Shown here: piece by piece, positions 29,291 through 38,515 of the stretch
How the letters are laid out: the number at the start of each line of letters is the position of its first letter
Position numbering within the stretch: the stretch's first letter is position 1
From: Candidatus Omnitrophota bacterium
GTDB taxonomy: Bacteria; Omnitrophota; Gorgyraeia; Zapsychrales; Fredricksoniimonadaceae
NCBI GenBank assembly: GCA_028870995.1
Contig: JAGWOI010000007.1
Coordinates: forward strand, 20,337-84,336
Direction of reading: 5' to 3'
DNA length: 64,000 nucleotides
Position numbers and translations under genes: made by a program
The notes under the pieces: generated by a model
What the model was told of the DNA's origin: nothing
The model's database searches: none
What the model saw: only the letters and a program-made list of their open reading frames with translations

Positions 29291-29345
29291 AGTATAGACG
29301 CCCATCCTGACAGGCAGATGACCGCCAGATTACATTTTGGTAATC
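29291..29345 (-). promoter_or_regulatory. CusR/CopR/CzcR-type binding array and -10 box upstream of TPR-doxX
   Basis: CTGAC (29307), ATGAC (29318) and ATTAC (29329) at 11-bp pitch. Palindrome AGATTAC-N6-GTAATCT. TATACT -10 at 29291-29296. Confidence 0.7.
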
Positions 29346-29358
29346 TTGGGGGAACGGC

Positions 29359-30642
29359 TTACTGGAGAGGCAAGGTGACGGTAAAGGTGCTGCCTTGGCC
29401 AAGGGCGCTTCGGACGGCAAGCTTTCCGCCCATCGCCGACACCATGGACCTTGCGTAACTTAAGCCTAAGCCGTTACCTGGCAGGGAGCGGCTGGATTCC
29501 ACACGGTAGAATTTTTCGAAAACCTTCTTCTGTTGGTCGTCGGCGATCCCTATACCGGTGTCCTGGATGCTGATGAGCGCCTGGGCATCGGCTCTTTTAA
29601 CCTCAACCCGAATTTTTCCATTGGAAGGAGTGAATTTAATAGCATTATCTAAAAGATTGGCCACCGCCCGTTGCAGGCGCGAAGGCTCGGCCAGGACCAT
29701 TAAGGATTTTTCAGGAACCATTACTTCAAGGTCGATGCCTCTTTCTTCGGCCGCGGGCCCGAACAATTCGCATCCCCTGTTCACCAGGGCCGTAACATCC
29801 ACCATCACCCTTTCGCCTTTTTTAAGGCCGGCATCCGCTTGAGCAATATCCAGCATGGTGGCGATCATGCCTCCCAGGCGGTCACATTCCTCGACGATCG
29901 CCCCCAGGCTCTCCTGATAAGAACTTTGGGGCTGGTTCAAGGCGCCTTCCGCCAGGCCCCGCATGCGCGTGATAGGGGTACGCAGATCATGGGCGACATT
30001 ATCAGTCACCTCCGTCAGCCCTCTCATTAGGCTTTCGATACGGGCCATGGCCTTCTGCGCTTCGGCCCAGGCCAAGGCGATACCGCAGACCAAGAGCACC
30101 ATGACGGCTCCGCCAAAGACCTTTCTATAAACCCCCAGCAATTCCTCCTCATCATTCATGGTCTTGCCGATCTGAATAACGTAACGGCCATGATCAACGG
30201 CCCGGGAAATGATCCGAATTTTAAAATTCCTGTCCGCAGGCTTAAGCGTCCGGTAAAGTGTCGGCCAACCCTTCAGCGTCAGGCCGGCCCACCGGCTCAT
30301 CTGAGGAAAATTCAGGCAGGGCCATTTTAAAGGATCCGAAGTGGCCACCACTTTAAGATCCGAGGTCAAAAGCCGGTAGAATATCCTGTTCTTACCCTCC
30401 TGTTCGATGTTCTCCCGGATCCCCGTTTCGATATCCTTAAGCGGCATGACGGCAAATTCTCCATCCATCTTGGCGGTCTGCGCCAGCAACCCGCGGTCCA
30501 CCACATGAAGAAGATCGGCCGTCAGGATCCGGTAACTGATAAAAAAAACAATGCTTAAAGATATGATAAAAAGACCGGCATACCAGGCGGTCAGGTGAAA
30601 AGAAAAAGATTGAAAGACGCTAGCCCTTGTCTTCGATAACAT
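29359..30642 (-). CDS. Sensor histidine kinase, HAMP domain apparently absent
   Basis: Two TM segments, AHDLRTP H-box, NLLDNAIKF, DTGIG, GNGLGLS. Confidence 0.92.
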   Translation of the reverse strand: MLSKTRASVFQSFSFHLTAWYAGLFIISLSIVFFISYRILTADLLHVVDRGLLAQTAKMDGEFAVMPLKDIETGIRENIEQEGKNRIFYRLLTSDLKVVATSDPLKWPCLNFPQMSRWAGLTLKGWPTLYRTLKPADRNFKIRIISRAVDHGRYVIQIGKTMNDEEELLGVYRKVFGGAVMVLLVCGIALAWAEAQKAMARIESLMRGLTEVTDNVAHDLRTPITRMRGLAEGALNQPQSSYQESLGAIVEECDRLGGMIATMLDIAQADAGLKKGERVMVDVTALVNRGCELFGPAAEERGIDLEVMVPEKSLMVLAEPSRLQRAVANLLDNAIKFTPSNGKIRVEVKRADAQALISIQDTGIGIADDQQKKVFEKFYRVESSRSLPGNGLGLSYARSMVSAMGGKLAVRSALGQGSTFTVTLPLQ

Positions 30643-31297
30643 AGCCAAAACCCCTGACCGTGTGCAATAATTTCTTTTCAAAGGGCCGGTCGATCTTGTC
30701 CCTCAAACGGCATATCCGGGTTTCGATCACGTTGGTTTCCGGATCAAAATTGTAGTCCCAAACGTGCTCAATGATCATGGTCTTGGAAACCACCCGGCCG
30801 GCATTGCGCATGAGGTATTCCAGAAGCAAAAATTCTCCGGCTTGCAAGACAATCTCTCTGCCGTGGCGAAAAACCTTGCGGCGCAGCACGTCGAGGCGCA
30901 AATCGGCCACCTCGAGGCTTCCCGCTTCTGGATTCAAATTGGCCCGCCTCAGGAGGGCCTGGATCCGGGCCAGCAATTCGGAGAAGGCGAAGGGCTTGAC
31001 CAAATAATCATCGCCGCCGGCCTGCAAGCCTTTGACCCGGTCATCAGTGGAATCCTTGGCGCTCAGGACCAGCACCGGGGTGGTGACTTTACGCTGACGC
31101 AGGCGGCTGATCAGGCTCAATCCGTCAAGCTTAGGCAACATGATGTCCACCACCGCCAGATCATATTCCTCGTGGACGGCAAAATGAAGACCTTCTTCAC
31201 CGTCGGCAACATGGTTGACGGTGAAACCCGCCTCTTTAAGGCCTTTAAGGATAAAGGATGCGGTGCGCGTGTCGTCTTCGACCAGCAGGATTTTCAT
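30620..31297 (-). CDS. OmpR-family response regulator (CusR/CzcR-like)
   Basis: LLVEDD, DIMLPKLDG, DDYLVKPFAFSEL, HVWDYNFDPETN, HTVRGFGY. Confidence 0.94.
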   Translation of the reverse strand: MKILLVEDDTRTASFILKGLKEAGFTVNHVADGEEGLHFAVHEEYDLAVVDIMLPKLDGLSLISRLRQRKVTTPVLVLSAKDSTDDRVKGLQAGGDDYLVKPFAFSELLARIQALLRRANLNPEAGSLEVADLRLDVLRRKVFRHGREIVLQAGEFLLLEYLMRNAGRVVSKTMIIEHVWDYNFDPETNVIETRICRLRDKIDRPFEKKLLHTVRGFGYVIEDKG

Positions 31298-31938
31298 GAG
31301 GTTTTTCCCAAATTGCTGACAAAGACAAACCCCTGCCGGCGGCCGCCGGCAGGATCTCTGAGCTGAGAGGTCATCCTGGCCGCTTCCTCAGGAGAGCATT
31401 CATCTTCAAACTTGACTGTCAATTTGCGGGTGGGTTTGGAACGGTTATGCACCTTGGCCACCGGCTCCTGCCCGAGGAAACAGCCCTTTGTGTAGGATAC
31501 ATAATTGTATTCATGCACATTGAGGATGAATTCATCAGCCTGGTAATCGACGCCCATGAGCGGCACCTGGCGGTCAAGGCGAAAGCGGGTGAACTCCTCA
31601 TCAAAAACGCTGCCGGCATGCGCTGCCGCTTCCCATAAGACCGTACCGGTATCCGCATCCATATAGGTCCCCAGCGCGGAGGGCTCCAGCTTCACATGGC
31701 TCAGGCGCGCGTAGCGTTCCAGATGCTTTAAAAGGTTTTCCACCGCCACCACAGGAACGGCGATAAGAAACTCTTCGTCGCTGGTCCTCTTCTGACGAAA
31801 GGTGGCGATGATGCGTCCGTGCTGGTTTAAGAAAGCATTCAGCGAAGCTTCCAGGGTGTTGGAGGTCAATCCGTTCAAGAACCCGTCGGCGTTACCCTTC
31901 AGGCTTAAAACTGTGTCATTGAGTTTAAATAAACGCAT
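31294..31938 (-). CDS. ygfZ: YgfZ/GcvT-like folate-binding protein (compact)
   Basis: FLNGLTSN and the KGCFLGQE signature. Confidence 0.8.
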   Translation of the reverse strand: MRLFKLNDTVLSLKGNADGFLNGLTSNTLEASLNAFLNQHGRIIATFRQKRTSDEEFLIAVPVVAVENLLKHLERYARLSHVKLEPSALGTYMDADTGTVLWEAAAHAGSVFDEEFTRFRLDRQVPLMGVDYQADEFILNVHEYNYVSYTKGCFLGQEPVAKVHNRSKPTRKLTVKFEDECSPEEAARMTSQLRDPAGGRRQGFVFVSNLGKTS

Positions 31939-33354
31939 TTATCCTTTTGAAATTTTACGCGCCAGGGCCAGGGCTTCAACCCTGGTCTTGATCTTACCCA
32001 GGGCGTGCGCTTCTTCGACTTCAGTCAATATCTTGCCAAAAATCGGCGATGGCTTCAACTTCAGGACCTTGATCAGATCATGCCCCGATAACAGCCGCTC
32101 CCGGGGCTTTTGATTTTTCAATTCAAAATAGCGGTCGATAAGCATGCGGCAAATTTTGGCATGGTGCTTGTGCCTAGCTTGGGTGGTCAAGGGCCCGCGG
32201 GTGGCGGCCTGGTCGGCCATGGCCAGGATCGCCAGACTCACCGCTTCCCCGCCCGTGTCGCGCAGATACCTGAAGACCGCTTTTTCGCTGGGCCGCTTAA
32301 AATTTGCCAGGTAGCCCGGCCTTAAATGCAGGCGCACCGCGTCCTCCAGGAAATACCGCTCTTTAACGGCCACTTTCAGCTGCTTGGACACCTGCCGGCA
32401 AATATACTCCCCCACATGTTCATGACCATGAAAGCTGGTACGGCCCTTTTCTCGGCTCCGGGTTTCCGGCTTGCCGATATCATGCAACAAAATGGCCAGC
32501 TTCAACAGCGAGGCCCGCGTGTGCCCGCCGCCGATAATCTCCTGCAGATAAGGCTTAACACGTCCGTCGGCGCACATAGCATCGATGATTTTCTCGAGGC
32601 GGCGCAGCGCCTCCAGGGAATGCCGCCAGACATCCAGGTGATGATAACCGCCCTGGTGCACCTTATACATGACGGTGATTTGCGGGATGACCTTGGGCAA
32701 TAGCCCTATCTTGTCCATGGCAGCCAGGGCGTCGTGGGCGCGAGGGGAAGCTAAAATCTTAAAAATCTCCTCGCGAATCCTTTCCGCGGCAACATTTGAA
32801 ATCAAGGCCGCCTCTTTTTTGATGTGGAGCAAGGTGCGGCCTTCGATCTTAAAACCCAAACTGGCCGACAGGCTGAAGGCACGCAGTAATCTTAAGGGGT
32901 CGTCTTTAAAGACCTCCGGCCCCGCCATCCGCACCACTCCAGCCCTAATATCACGGCCTGAATCTTTGAGCTCAAGGATCACCTCCTCACCTGCCGCCTT
33001 CATATCCCAGGCCAGCGCATTGACGGTAAAGTCCCTTAATTGGAGGTCCTGTTGAATGCTTTTGCCGCGCCAGTCGGAGAGGTCAAAGGTCCAGACGCTG
33101 CCGTCCTGATTTTTGACGATACGGGCCGCCCCATGTTCCTGGTCAAGCAAAACAAAGGCGCCTTTCAGGCGCCGGGCCAGTTTACGGGCCAGAGCAATGG
33201 CATCCTTGTCGACGGCAAAATCAAAGTCGCTGCAGGAACGGCCGAGCCGGTAGTCCCGCAGCGCCCCGCCTACAAGGAAGACGCGGCGGTCCACGCCCTT
33301 GAGCGCGTCACGGAATAATCGAAGTTGAGGATAAAATTCGAACAGGGACATCAT
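31939..33354 (-). CDS. Class II tRNA nucleotidyltransferase with HD domain (probably CC-adding type)
   Basis: LVGGALRD..DFDF, RDFTVNA, DDPLRLLRA, ERIREE, LLHDIGKP. Confidence 0.88.
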   Translation of the reverse strand: MMSLFEFYPQLRLFRDALKGVDRRVFLVGGALRDYRLGRSCSDFDFAVDKDAIALARKLARRLKGAFVLLDQEHGAARIVKNQDGSVWTFDLSDWRGKSIQQDLQLRDFTVNALAWDMKAAGEEVILELKDSGRDIRAGVVRMAGPEVFKDDPLRLLRAFSLSASLGFKIEGRTLLHIKKEAALISNVAAERIREEIFKILASPRAHDALAAMDKIGLLPKVIPQITVMYKVHQGGYHHLDVWRHSLEALRRLEKIIDAMCADGRVKPYLQEIIGGGHTRASLLKLAILLHDIGKPETRSREKGRTSFHGHEHVGEYICRQVSKQLKVAVKERYFLEDAVRLHLRPGYLANFKRPSEKAVFRYLRDTGGEAVSLAILAMADQAATRGPLTTQARHKHHAKICRMLIDRYFELKNQKPRERLLSGHDLIKVLKLKPSPIFGKILTEVEEAHALGKIKTRVEALALARKISKG

Positions 33355-33363
33355 ATGCGTTAA

Positions 33364-33466
33364 GGGCCCTGGAAAGTCGTTTTGAAACCGCCGGAGCCCC
33401 CCATCTACATAGAAAAGATGGGCGGAAAAAGGCGACCGTGGTTGAAAAAATGACTCCCCAAGGCCC
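33364..33466 (-). ncRNA. ~103-nt rod-like structured intergenic RNA, function unknown
   Basis: 15-bp closing helix GGGCCUUGGGGAGUC/GACUUUCCAGGGCCC with three G-U pairs that form only on the minus strand. Apical stem CCCAUCU/AGAUGGG. Confidence 0.45.
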
Positions 33467-33476
33467 ATCATGAAAT

Positions 33477-33881
33477 TTACGGCTGAGACAACGACGATTT
33501 CTGCAAGACTTCCTCGTCGACAAAGATCGGCGCCTTCAGGCGCACGGCCAGGGCGATGCTGTCTGAAGGCCTGGAATCGACGGCCTTGACCTGGCCGTTG
33601 GCGGTCTTGATCTCCAGCTTGGCATGAAAGGTGTTGTTGACCAGCTTGTCGATCACGATCCTTTCCAAGTGCCCTCCCAGGACCTTGATGACATTGACCA
33701 AAAGATCATGGGTCATGGGGCGGGGCACATCGACGCCGGAGACCTTGATTTTGATGGAGGAGGCTTCCATAAAACCGATGACGATGGGGATCTGGCGCTC
33801 CCCGTCCTTTTCCTTGAGGACGATCACCTGGTCCTGACGTTTCTCGTCTATAATGATGCGGGACAATTCGACTTGTACCAT
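33477..33881 (-). CDS. Bifunctional nuclease family (DUF151) protein
   Basis: IPIVIG..EA, RPMTHDL, DSRPSDSIALA. Confidence 0.92.
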   Translation of the reverse strand: MVQVELSRIIIDEKRQDQVIVLKEKDGERQIPIVIGFMEASSIKIKVSGVDVPRPMTHDLLVNVIKVLGGHLERIVIDKLVNNTFHAKLEIKTANGQVKAVDSRPSDSIALAVRLKAPIFVDEEVLQKSSLSQP

Positions 33882-33882
33882 G

Positions 33883-34374
33883 TCACTTTTTAACCTTTTT
33901 ATATTTTAACTTTTTCAGTTTATTTTTGCTTAAAATTGACTGCAATTCGCTCATAAACTGGTTGACGTCCCGAAACTGCCGGTAAACCGAGGCGAAACGC
34001 ACATAGGCCACTTCGTCCAGGACGCTCAAACGGTTCATGACCATCTCGCCGATGTCTTTGGACAAGATCTCGCGGTCGTACTTTTTGCGGATGGCATGCT
34101 CGATATCATCCACCATGGCCTCGATAGCCTCCACGCTGACCGGCCGTTTCTCGCAGGCCTTGATGAGCCCGTTCAAGAGGCGCGTGCGGTCAAAACCCTG
34201 ACGGCGGCCGTCACGTTTGACGACCATCAGGGGAACTTCCTCGATGTACTCGTAGGTGGTAAACCGCTCCTCGCATTTGGAGCACTGGCGGCGACGGCGG
34301 ATGGAAGTCCCGTCGCTGTTAAGCCTGGAATCCATCACATTGGTGCCTTTATAACCGCAAGAAGGACAACGCAT
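33883..34374 (-). CDS. nrdR: Transcriptional repressor NrdR
   Basis: MRCPSC..IRRRRQCSKC..RFTTYE, ATP-cone, VAYVRFASVYR. Confidence 0.97.
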   Translation of the reverse strand: MRCPSCGYKGTNVMDSRLNSDGTSIRRRRQCSKCEERFTTYEYIEEVPLMVVKRDGRRQGFDRTRLLNGLIKACEKRPVSVEAIEAMVDDIEHAIRKKYDREILSKDIGEMVMNRLSVLDEVAYVRFASVYRQFRDVNQFMSELQSILSKNKLKKLKYKKVKK

Positions 34375-34388
34375 ACTAAAAACCGCCT

Positions 34389-35651
34389 CTACTTGGTCAG
34401 GAGGGCCGCCGTCTTATCCGTGTAAATGGGAAATTCACCGGCCAGGGCCTGAACTTCACGGCGCACCTTTTCCAATTCGTTTTCCTGGTCGCGGTTGACC
34501 ACACAGCGGTCGATCAACGACGCGATCGTGGCCATCTGCCCTTCCTTCATGCCCCGGGTGGTGACGGCCGGCGTCCCGATACGCACACCGCTGGTCACGG
34601 TCGGCGGCTGAGAGTCAAAGGGCACCAGGTTCTTGTTGACCGTGATCTGCACCTTGTCCAGCAGGGTGGCCGCATCCTTGCCGGTGATGTTCTTGGGGCG
34701 CAGGTCCACCATGAACAAATGATTATCGGTGCCGCCGGTGACAATGCGGAATCCCCTGGAGCTCAGAGCATCGGCAAAAGCCTTGGCATTGGCCACCACC
34801 TGCTTTTGATATTCTTTAAACTCCGGCGACAAGGCCTCTTTGAACGCCACGGCCTTGGCGGCGATGATATGCATCAAGGGACCGCCCTGAATGCCCGGAA
34901 AAATCGCGCTGTCGACTTTCTTGGCAAATTCCGCGTTACAAATGATCATACCTCCGCGCGGGCCGCGCAGGGTCTTATGGGTCGTGGTAGTCACAAAATG
35001 TGAATGCGGCACGGGGTTGGGATAAAGCCCCGCAGCGACCAGGCCTGCAAAATGCGCCATATCCGTAAACAGCAGGGCGCCGACCTTGTCGGCAATCACG
35101 CGGAAACGTTTGAAATCCAAAACCCTTGAATAGGCCGAATACCCCGCCACGATCATTTTCGGTTTATGCTCGATGGCCAGGCGCTCGACCTCATCCATGT
35201 CGATGAGCTCGCTCTTGGGGTCGACCTTGTAGGAGACAAAATTATATAACCGCCCGGAAATATTGATCTTTAACCCGTGGGTCAGGTGGCCGCCGCAAGC
35301 CAGGTCCAGGCCCATGACGGTATCCCCGGGCTTGAGCACCGCCATGTACACCGCGGTGTTGGCCTGGGAGCCAGAATGGGGCTGCACATTGACATGGTCC
35401 CCGCCGAAAAGCTGTTGGGCCCGGGCCTGTGCCAGGCGCTCAGCCTCGTCGACAAATTTGCAGCCGTTGTACCAGCGCGCCGCAGGGTAGCCTTCCGCGT
35501 ATTTGTTGGTCAGCACGCTGCCGGCCGCTTCCAGCACTGCCGGAGAGACAATATTCTCCGAGGCGATCAACTCCAGGTTGTTTTGCTGGCGCTTAAGCTC
35601 CTGCTGGACGGCCTGGTAAATTTCGGGGTCCACATCTTTCAAATGCTTCAT
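34389..35651 (-). CDS. glyA: Serine hydroxymethyltransferase
   Basis: [28 protein letters not shown]. Confidence 0.98.
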   Translation of the reverse strand: MKHLKDVDPEIYQAVQQELKRQQNNLELIASENIVSPAVLEAAGSVLTNKYAEGYPAARWYNGCKFVDEAERLAQARAQQLFGGDHVNVQPHSGSQANTAVYMAVLKPGDTVMGLDLACGGHLTHGLKINISGRLYNFVSYKVDPKSELIDMDEVERLAIEHKPKMIVAGYSAYSRVLDFKRFRVIADKVGALLFTDMAHFAGLVAAGLYPNPVPHSHFVTTTTHKTLRGPRGGMIICNAEFAKKVDSAIFPGIQGGPLMHIIAAKAVAFKEALSPEFKEYQKQVVANAKAFADALSSRGFRIVTGGTDNHLFMVDLRPKNITGKDAATLLDKVQITVNKNLVPFDSQPPTVTSGVRIGTPAVTTRGMKEGQMATIASLIDRCVVNRDQENELEKVRREVQALAGEFPIYTDKTAALLTK

Positions 35652-35710
35652 TTCGAGTGCTCCTTCCCTAAAACCAATAAATTTTAATTCTAGAAGACTG
35701 CCGTATCCCT

Positions 35711-36172
35711 TTAAATCTTCCCTTCAGAAACGGCCCTTTCTATATTTTGAATTTGTTCTTTGCGGCGTTGGTGCCGGCCCCCTTCAAAAGCCGTTGATAA
35801 CCAGATCTTGACGATTTCCAGGATGTCCGCGTCGTTAACAAACTTGGCCCCCAGCACCAGCACATTGCTGTCATTATGCTGCCGGGAAAGCAGGGCGGCT
35901 TCCTTGTTATAGACCAGGGCCGCATAGATCCCCGGCACCTTGTTGGCAGCAATGGAATGGCCGATGCCGGACATGCACAGCAGGATGCCGCGGCTTGCGG
36001 CCTCGGCCTTTACCCGGCGGGCAACGTCCAGGGCGATCTGAGGATAATCGCAGGCAGCCCCTTCGTCATGCGTACCCATGTCCACCGGCTCATGCCCCAA
36101 ACTTTCAAGGATGCCGGCCACCTTCGCCTTCAATTGAAAACCGCGGTGGTCGGAACCGATAAACACTTTCAT
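35711..36172 (-). CDS. rpiB: Ribose-5-phosphate isomerase B
   Basis: GSDHRG, CMSGIG..IAANK, HNDSN, FEGGRH. Confidence 0.95.
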   Translation of the reverse strand: MKVFIGSDHRGFQLKAKVAGILESLGHEPVDMGTHDEGAACDYPQIALDVARRVKAEAASRGILLCMSGIGHSIAANKVPGIYAALVYNKEAALLSRQHNDSNVLVLGAKFVNDADILEIVKIWLSTAFEGGRHQRRKEQIQNIERAVSEGKI

Positions 36173-37239
36173 TAAAGCAACCTCTCTATTTTTTCAACCG
36201 CTTCCTGAATCATCCCCAGGCATTCCTGATAAGCGGCATGCGGCTGGCCGATGGGGTCCGGCACGTCCAAATCAGCTTCAAATCCGCGGGCGTTATTGGC
36301 GAATTCCCTTAACAAATAGACCCTCTTTTCCACCGATGGCACGCGTTCCAGGATCTGGGCCCGGTGGGCGCGGGTCATGGCAAAGATCAGATCCGATTTC
36401 TTTAACATGATCGAACCCAGCGGCCTGGAAATATGGGGGGCGGCATTAATGCCCTTATCCCTTAAAACCGCAATCGTCTCATGGCTCGCCGGCGACTTGA
36501 AAAAGACGCTGGTCCCCGCCGAATGAACTTCCACGTCTTCCCTGCCGATCAATTTGGCTTTCAGCAGGTATTCCGCCATCACCGAACGGCAGCTGTTGCC
36601 GGTGCACACAAACAGCACGCACTTCTTGCTGATGGTGCGGTCCACATCCGGCTGGGTGATGACACCTTCCCGGATGACGGTCGGGTGTGTCTTGGTAAAA
36701 TCCAGGATCGTCGAGGAGATCCCGAAATCCACCGGCCCCCCATCCAGCGCCAGGTCCACCTGGCCGTCCAAGTCTTGCAGGGCTTCCTGGCAATTGGTGG
36801 GCGGCTTCCTACCCTCCAGGTTGGCCGAGGGGGCGGCGATGGTACAGCCGCTTTCTTCCACCAGGCGCAGGGCCACGGTATGATCTGGCATACGGATGCC
36901 GAGCGTCTCGCCCTCATGACGGGACGGCACGATCACGGTCAGCGGGCCGGGCCAGTACTTGTCGACCACTTTGTACAGGTTCGGGTGCGTGTACGACGAA
37001 TAATTGTCAATAATCCCGCGCTGGGCGATCAAAATCGAAAAAAGCTTGCCGTCGGTCCGGCGCTTGACCGCGCGCAGTCGGTCCATGGTCCTGGGGTTGT
37101 TGGAGTCCGCGGCAATACCATAAACGGTTTCCGTCGGGAAAACGACCAGGCCGCCCTGGCGGATAATGCGCGCGGCTTCGGCCATTTTTTCCGGTTCAGG
37201 CAATGCTGAATTGACTTTTAAAACTTTAGTGGAGACCAT
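36172..37239 (-). CDS. Fusion of L-threonylcarbamoyladenylate synthase (TsaC/YrdC) and an LMW protein phosphatase (YwlE-like)
   Basis: FPTETVYG, WPGPLT, APSAN, then LFVCTGNSCRS and DVPDPIG. Confidence 0.9.
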   Translation of the reverse strand: MVSTKVLKVNSALPEPEKMAEAARIIRQGGLVVFPTETVYGIAADSNNPRTMDRLRAVKRRTDGKLFSILIAQRGIIDNYSSYTHPNLYKVVDKYWPGPLTVIVPSRHEGETLGIRMPDHTVALRLVEESGCTIAAPSANLEGRKPPTNCQEALQDLDGQVDLALDGGPVDFGISSTILDFTKTHPTVIREGVITQPDVDRTISKKCVLFVCTGNSCRSVMAEYLLKAKLIGREDVEVHSAGTSVFFKSPASHETIAVLRDKGINAAPHISRPLGSIMLKKSDLIFAMTRAHRAQILERVPSVEKRVYLLREFANNARGFEADLDVPDPIGQPHAAYQECLGMIQEAVEKIERLL

Positions 37240-38515
37240 GGGAGGCCTTCTCTCTTAGGAGCTTAGCGGCGATATCCCGGCGAAAGAACATGTGGTCAAA
37301 CTCGACTTTAGAAACTGCATTATACGCCTTTGCGGATGCCGCTTCAAGGTTTCTGCCAAGGGACGTTATCCCTAAGACCCTGCCGCCGTTGGTGACCAGG
37401 GAGCCGCCCTCGTTCTTGGTGCCGGCATGAAAAACGACCGTATCCGGGTCCTTGATTTGGTCCAATCCCCGGATGGCAAAGCCGTTTTGATATTTACCGG
37501 GGTAGCCGCCGGAGGCGATCACTACACAAACGCAGGCGCGCTCATCCCATCTGACCTTGGCCTCCTGCAGCCGGCCCTCGCAGGCAGCCAGCAGGATGTC
37601 CACCAAATCCGATTCCAGACGGGGCAGGATGCTCTGTGTCTCCGGATCACCGAAACGCACGTTGAACTCCAGGGCCTTGGGTCCCTCTGCCGTCAGCATC
37701 AACCCCGCAAACAACACCCCCTTGAAAGCATGCCCTTCCTGATGCATCCCGCGGATGGCAGGTTCAATGATCCTGTTGATGATCTGGTCCAGGATTTCGG
37801 CCTTGACCCTGGGGTTGGGGGAAAATGAGCCCATGCCCCCGGTATTGGGCCCCACATCATCGTCGAAAATACGCTTATGGTCCTGGGCCGAGGGCAGCAC
37901 GAAGAAATGTCGCCCATCGCTGATAGCCAGCACCGAGGCTTCGGGCCCCTGCAGGCACTCCTCAATGACGATCTTGTCTCCCGCGGCACCAAAAATTTTT
38001 TGAACCATGATCTCATCGACCGCTGTGCCGGCAATTTTAAGGTCCCCGCAGACATAAACGCCTTTGCCGGCGCAGAGCCCGTCGGCCTTGACCACCAGGG
38101 GAAACTGGGCCATCTTTAGAAAATCCAATGCCGCGTCGGCCTTGTCAAAAACCTTATAAACCGCCGTCGGAATATTTCGGCGGCGCATGAATTCCTTTGA
38201 AAAGACCTTGCTGCCTTCCAATTGGGCTGCGGCCTGGGAAGGCCCGAAAACTTTCAAGCCCTTGGCTTGAAAGAGATCGCTGATGCCGGCAATGAGGCTT
38301 GCTTCAGGACCGACGACAGTCAGGTCAATTTGCTTGTTCTGGGCAAACTGGAGCAACAAGTGAACATCATCGGGGGCAATGTTCACGCATTCGGCGATCT
38401 GGGCAATGCCGCCGTTTCCCGGTGCGCAATAGAGACGCTTAACCTTGGAGCTCTGTTTGATCTTCCAGCACAGCGCGTGTTCCCTGCCGCCGGCACCGAT
38501 AACGAGAACATTCAT
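37226..38515 (-). CDS. purD: Phosphoribosylamine-glycine ligase
   Basis: GGREHAL, LEGSK, QDHKR..GPNTGGMG, EFNVRFGDPE. Confidence 0.97.
   Translation of the reverse strand: MNVLVIGAGGREHALCWKIKQSSKVKRLYCAPGNGGIAQIAECVNIAPDDVHLLLQFAQNKQIDLTVVGPEASLIAGISDLFQAKGLKVFGPSQAAAQLEGSKVFSKEFMRRRNIPTAVYKVFDKADAALDFLKMAQFPLVVKADGLCAGKGVYVCGDLKIAGTAVDEIMVQKIFGAAGDKIVIEECLQGPEASVLAISDGRHFFVLPSAQDHKRIFDDDVGPNTGGMGSFSPNPRVKAEILDQIINRIIEPAIRGMHQEGHAFKGVLFAGLMLTAEGPKALEFNVRFGDPETQSILPRLESDLVDILLAACEGRLQEAKVRWDERACVCVVIASGGYPGKYQNGFAIRGLDQIKDPDTVVFHAGTKNEGGSLVTNGGRVLGITSLGRNLEAASAKAYNAVSKVEFDHMFFRRDIAAKLLREKASHGLH

Noticed and set aside
33364-33466. SRP (4.5S) or 6S RNA identity for the rod hairpin
   Set aside because: It lacks the SRP helix-8 CAGG..GGAA..AGCA motif, is short for 6S and has no clear central bubble. 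Kept only as an unknown structure.
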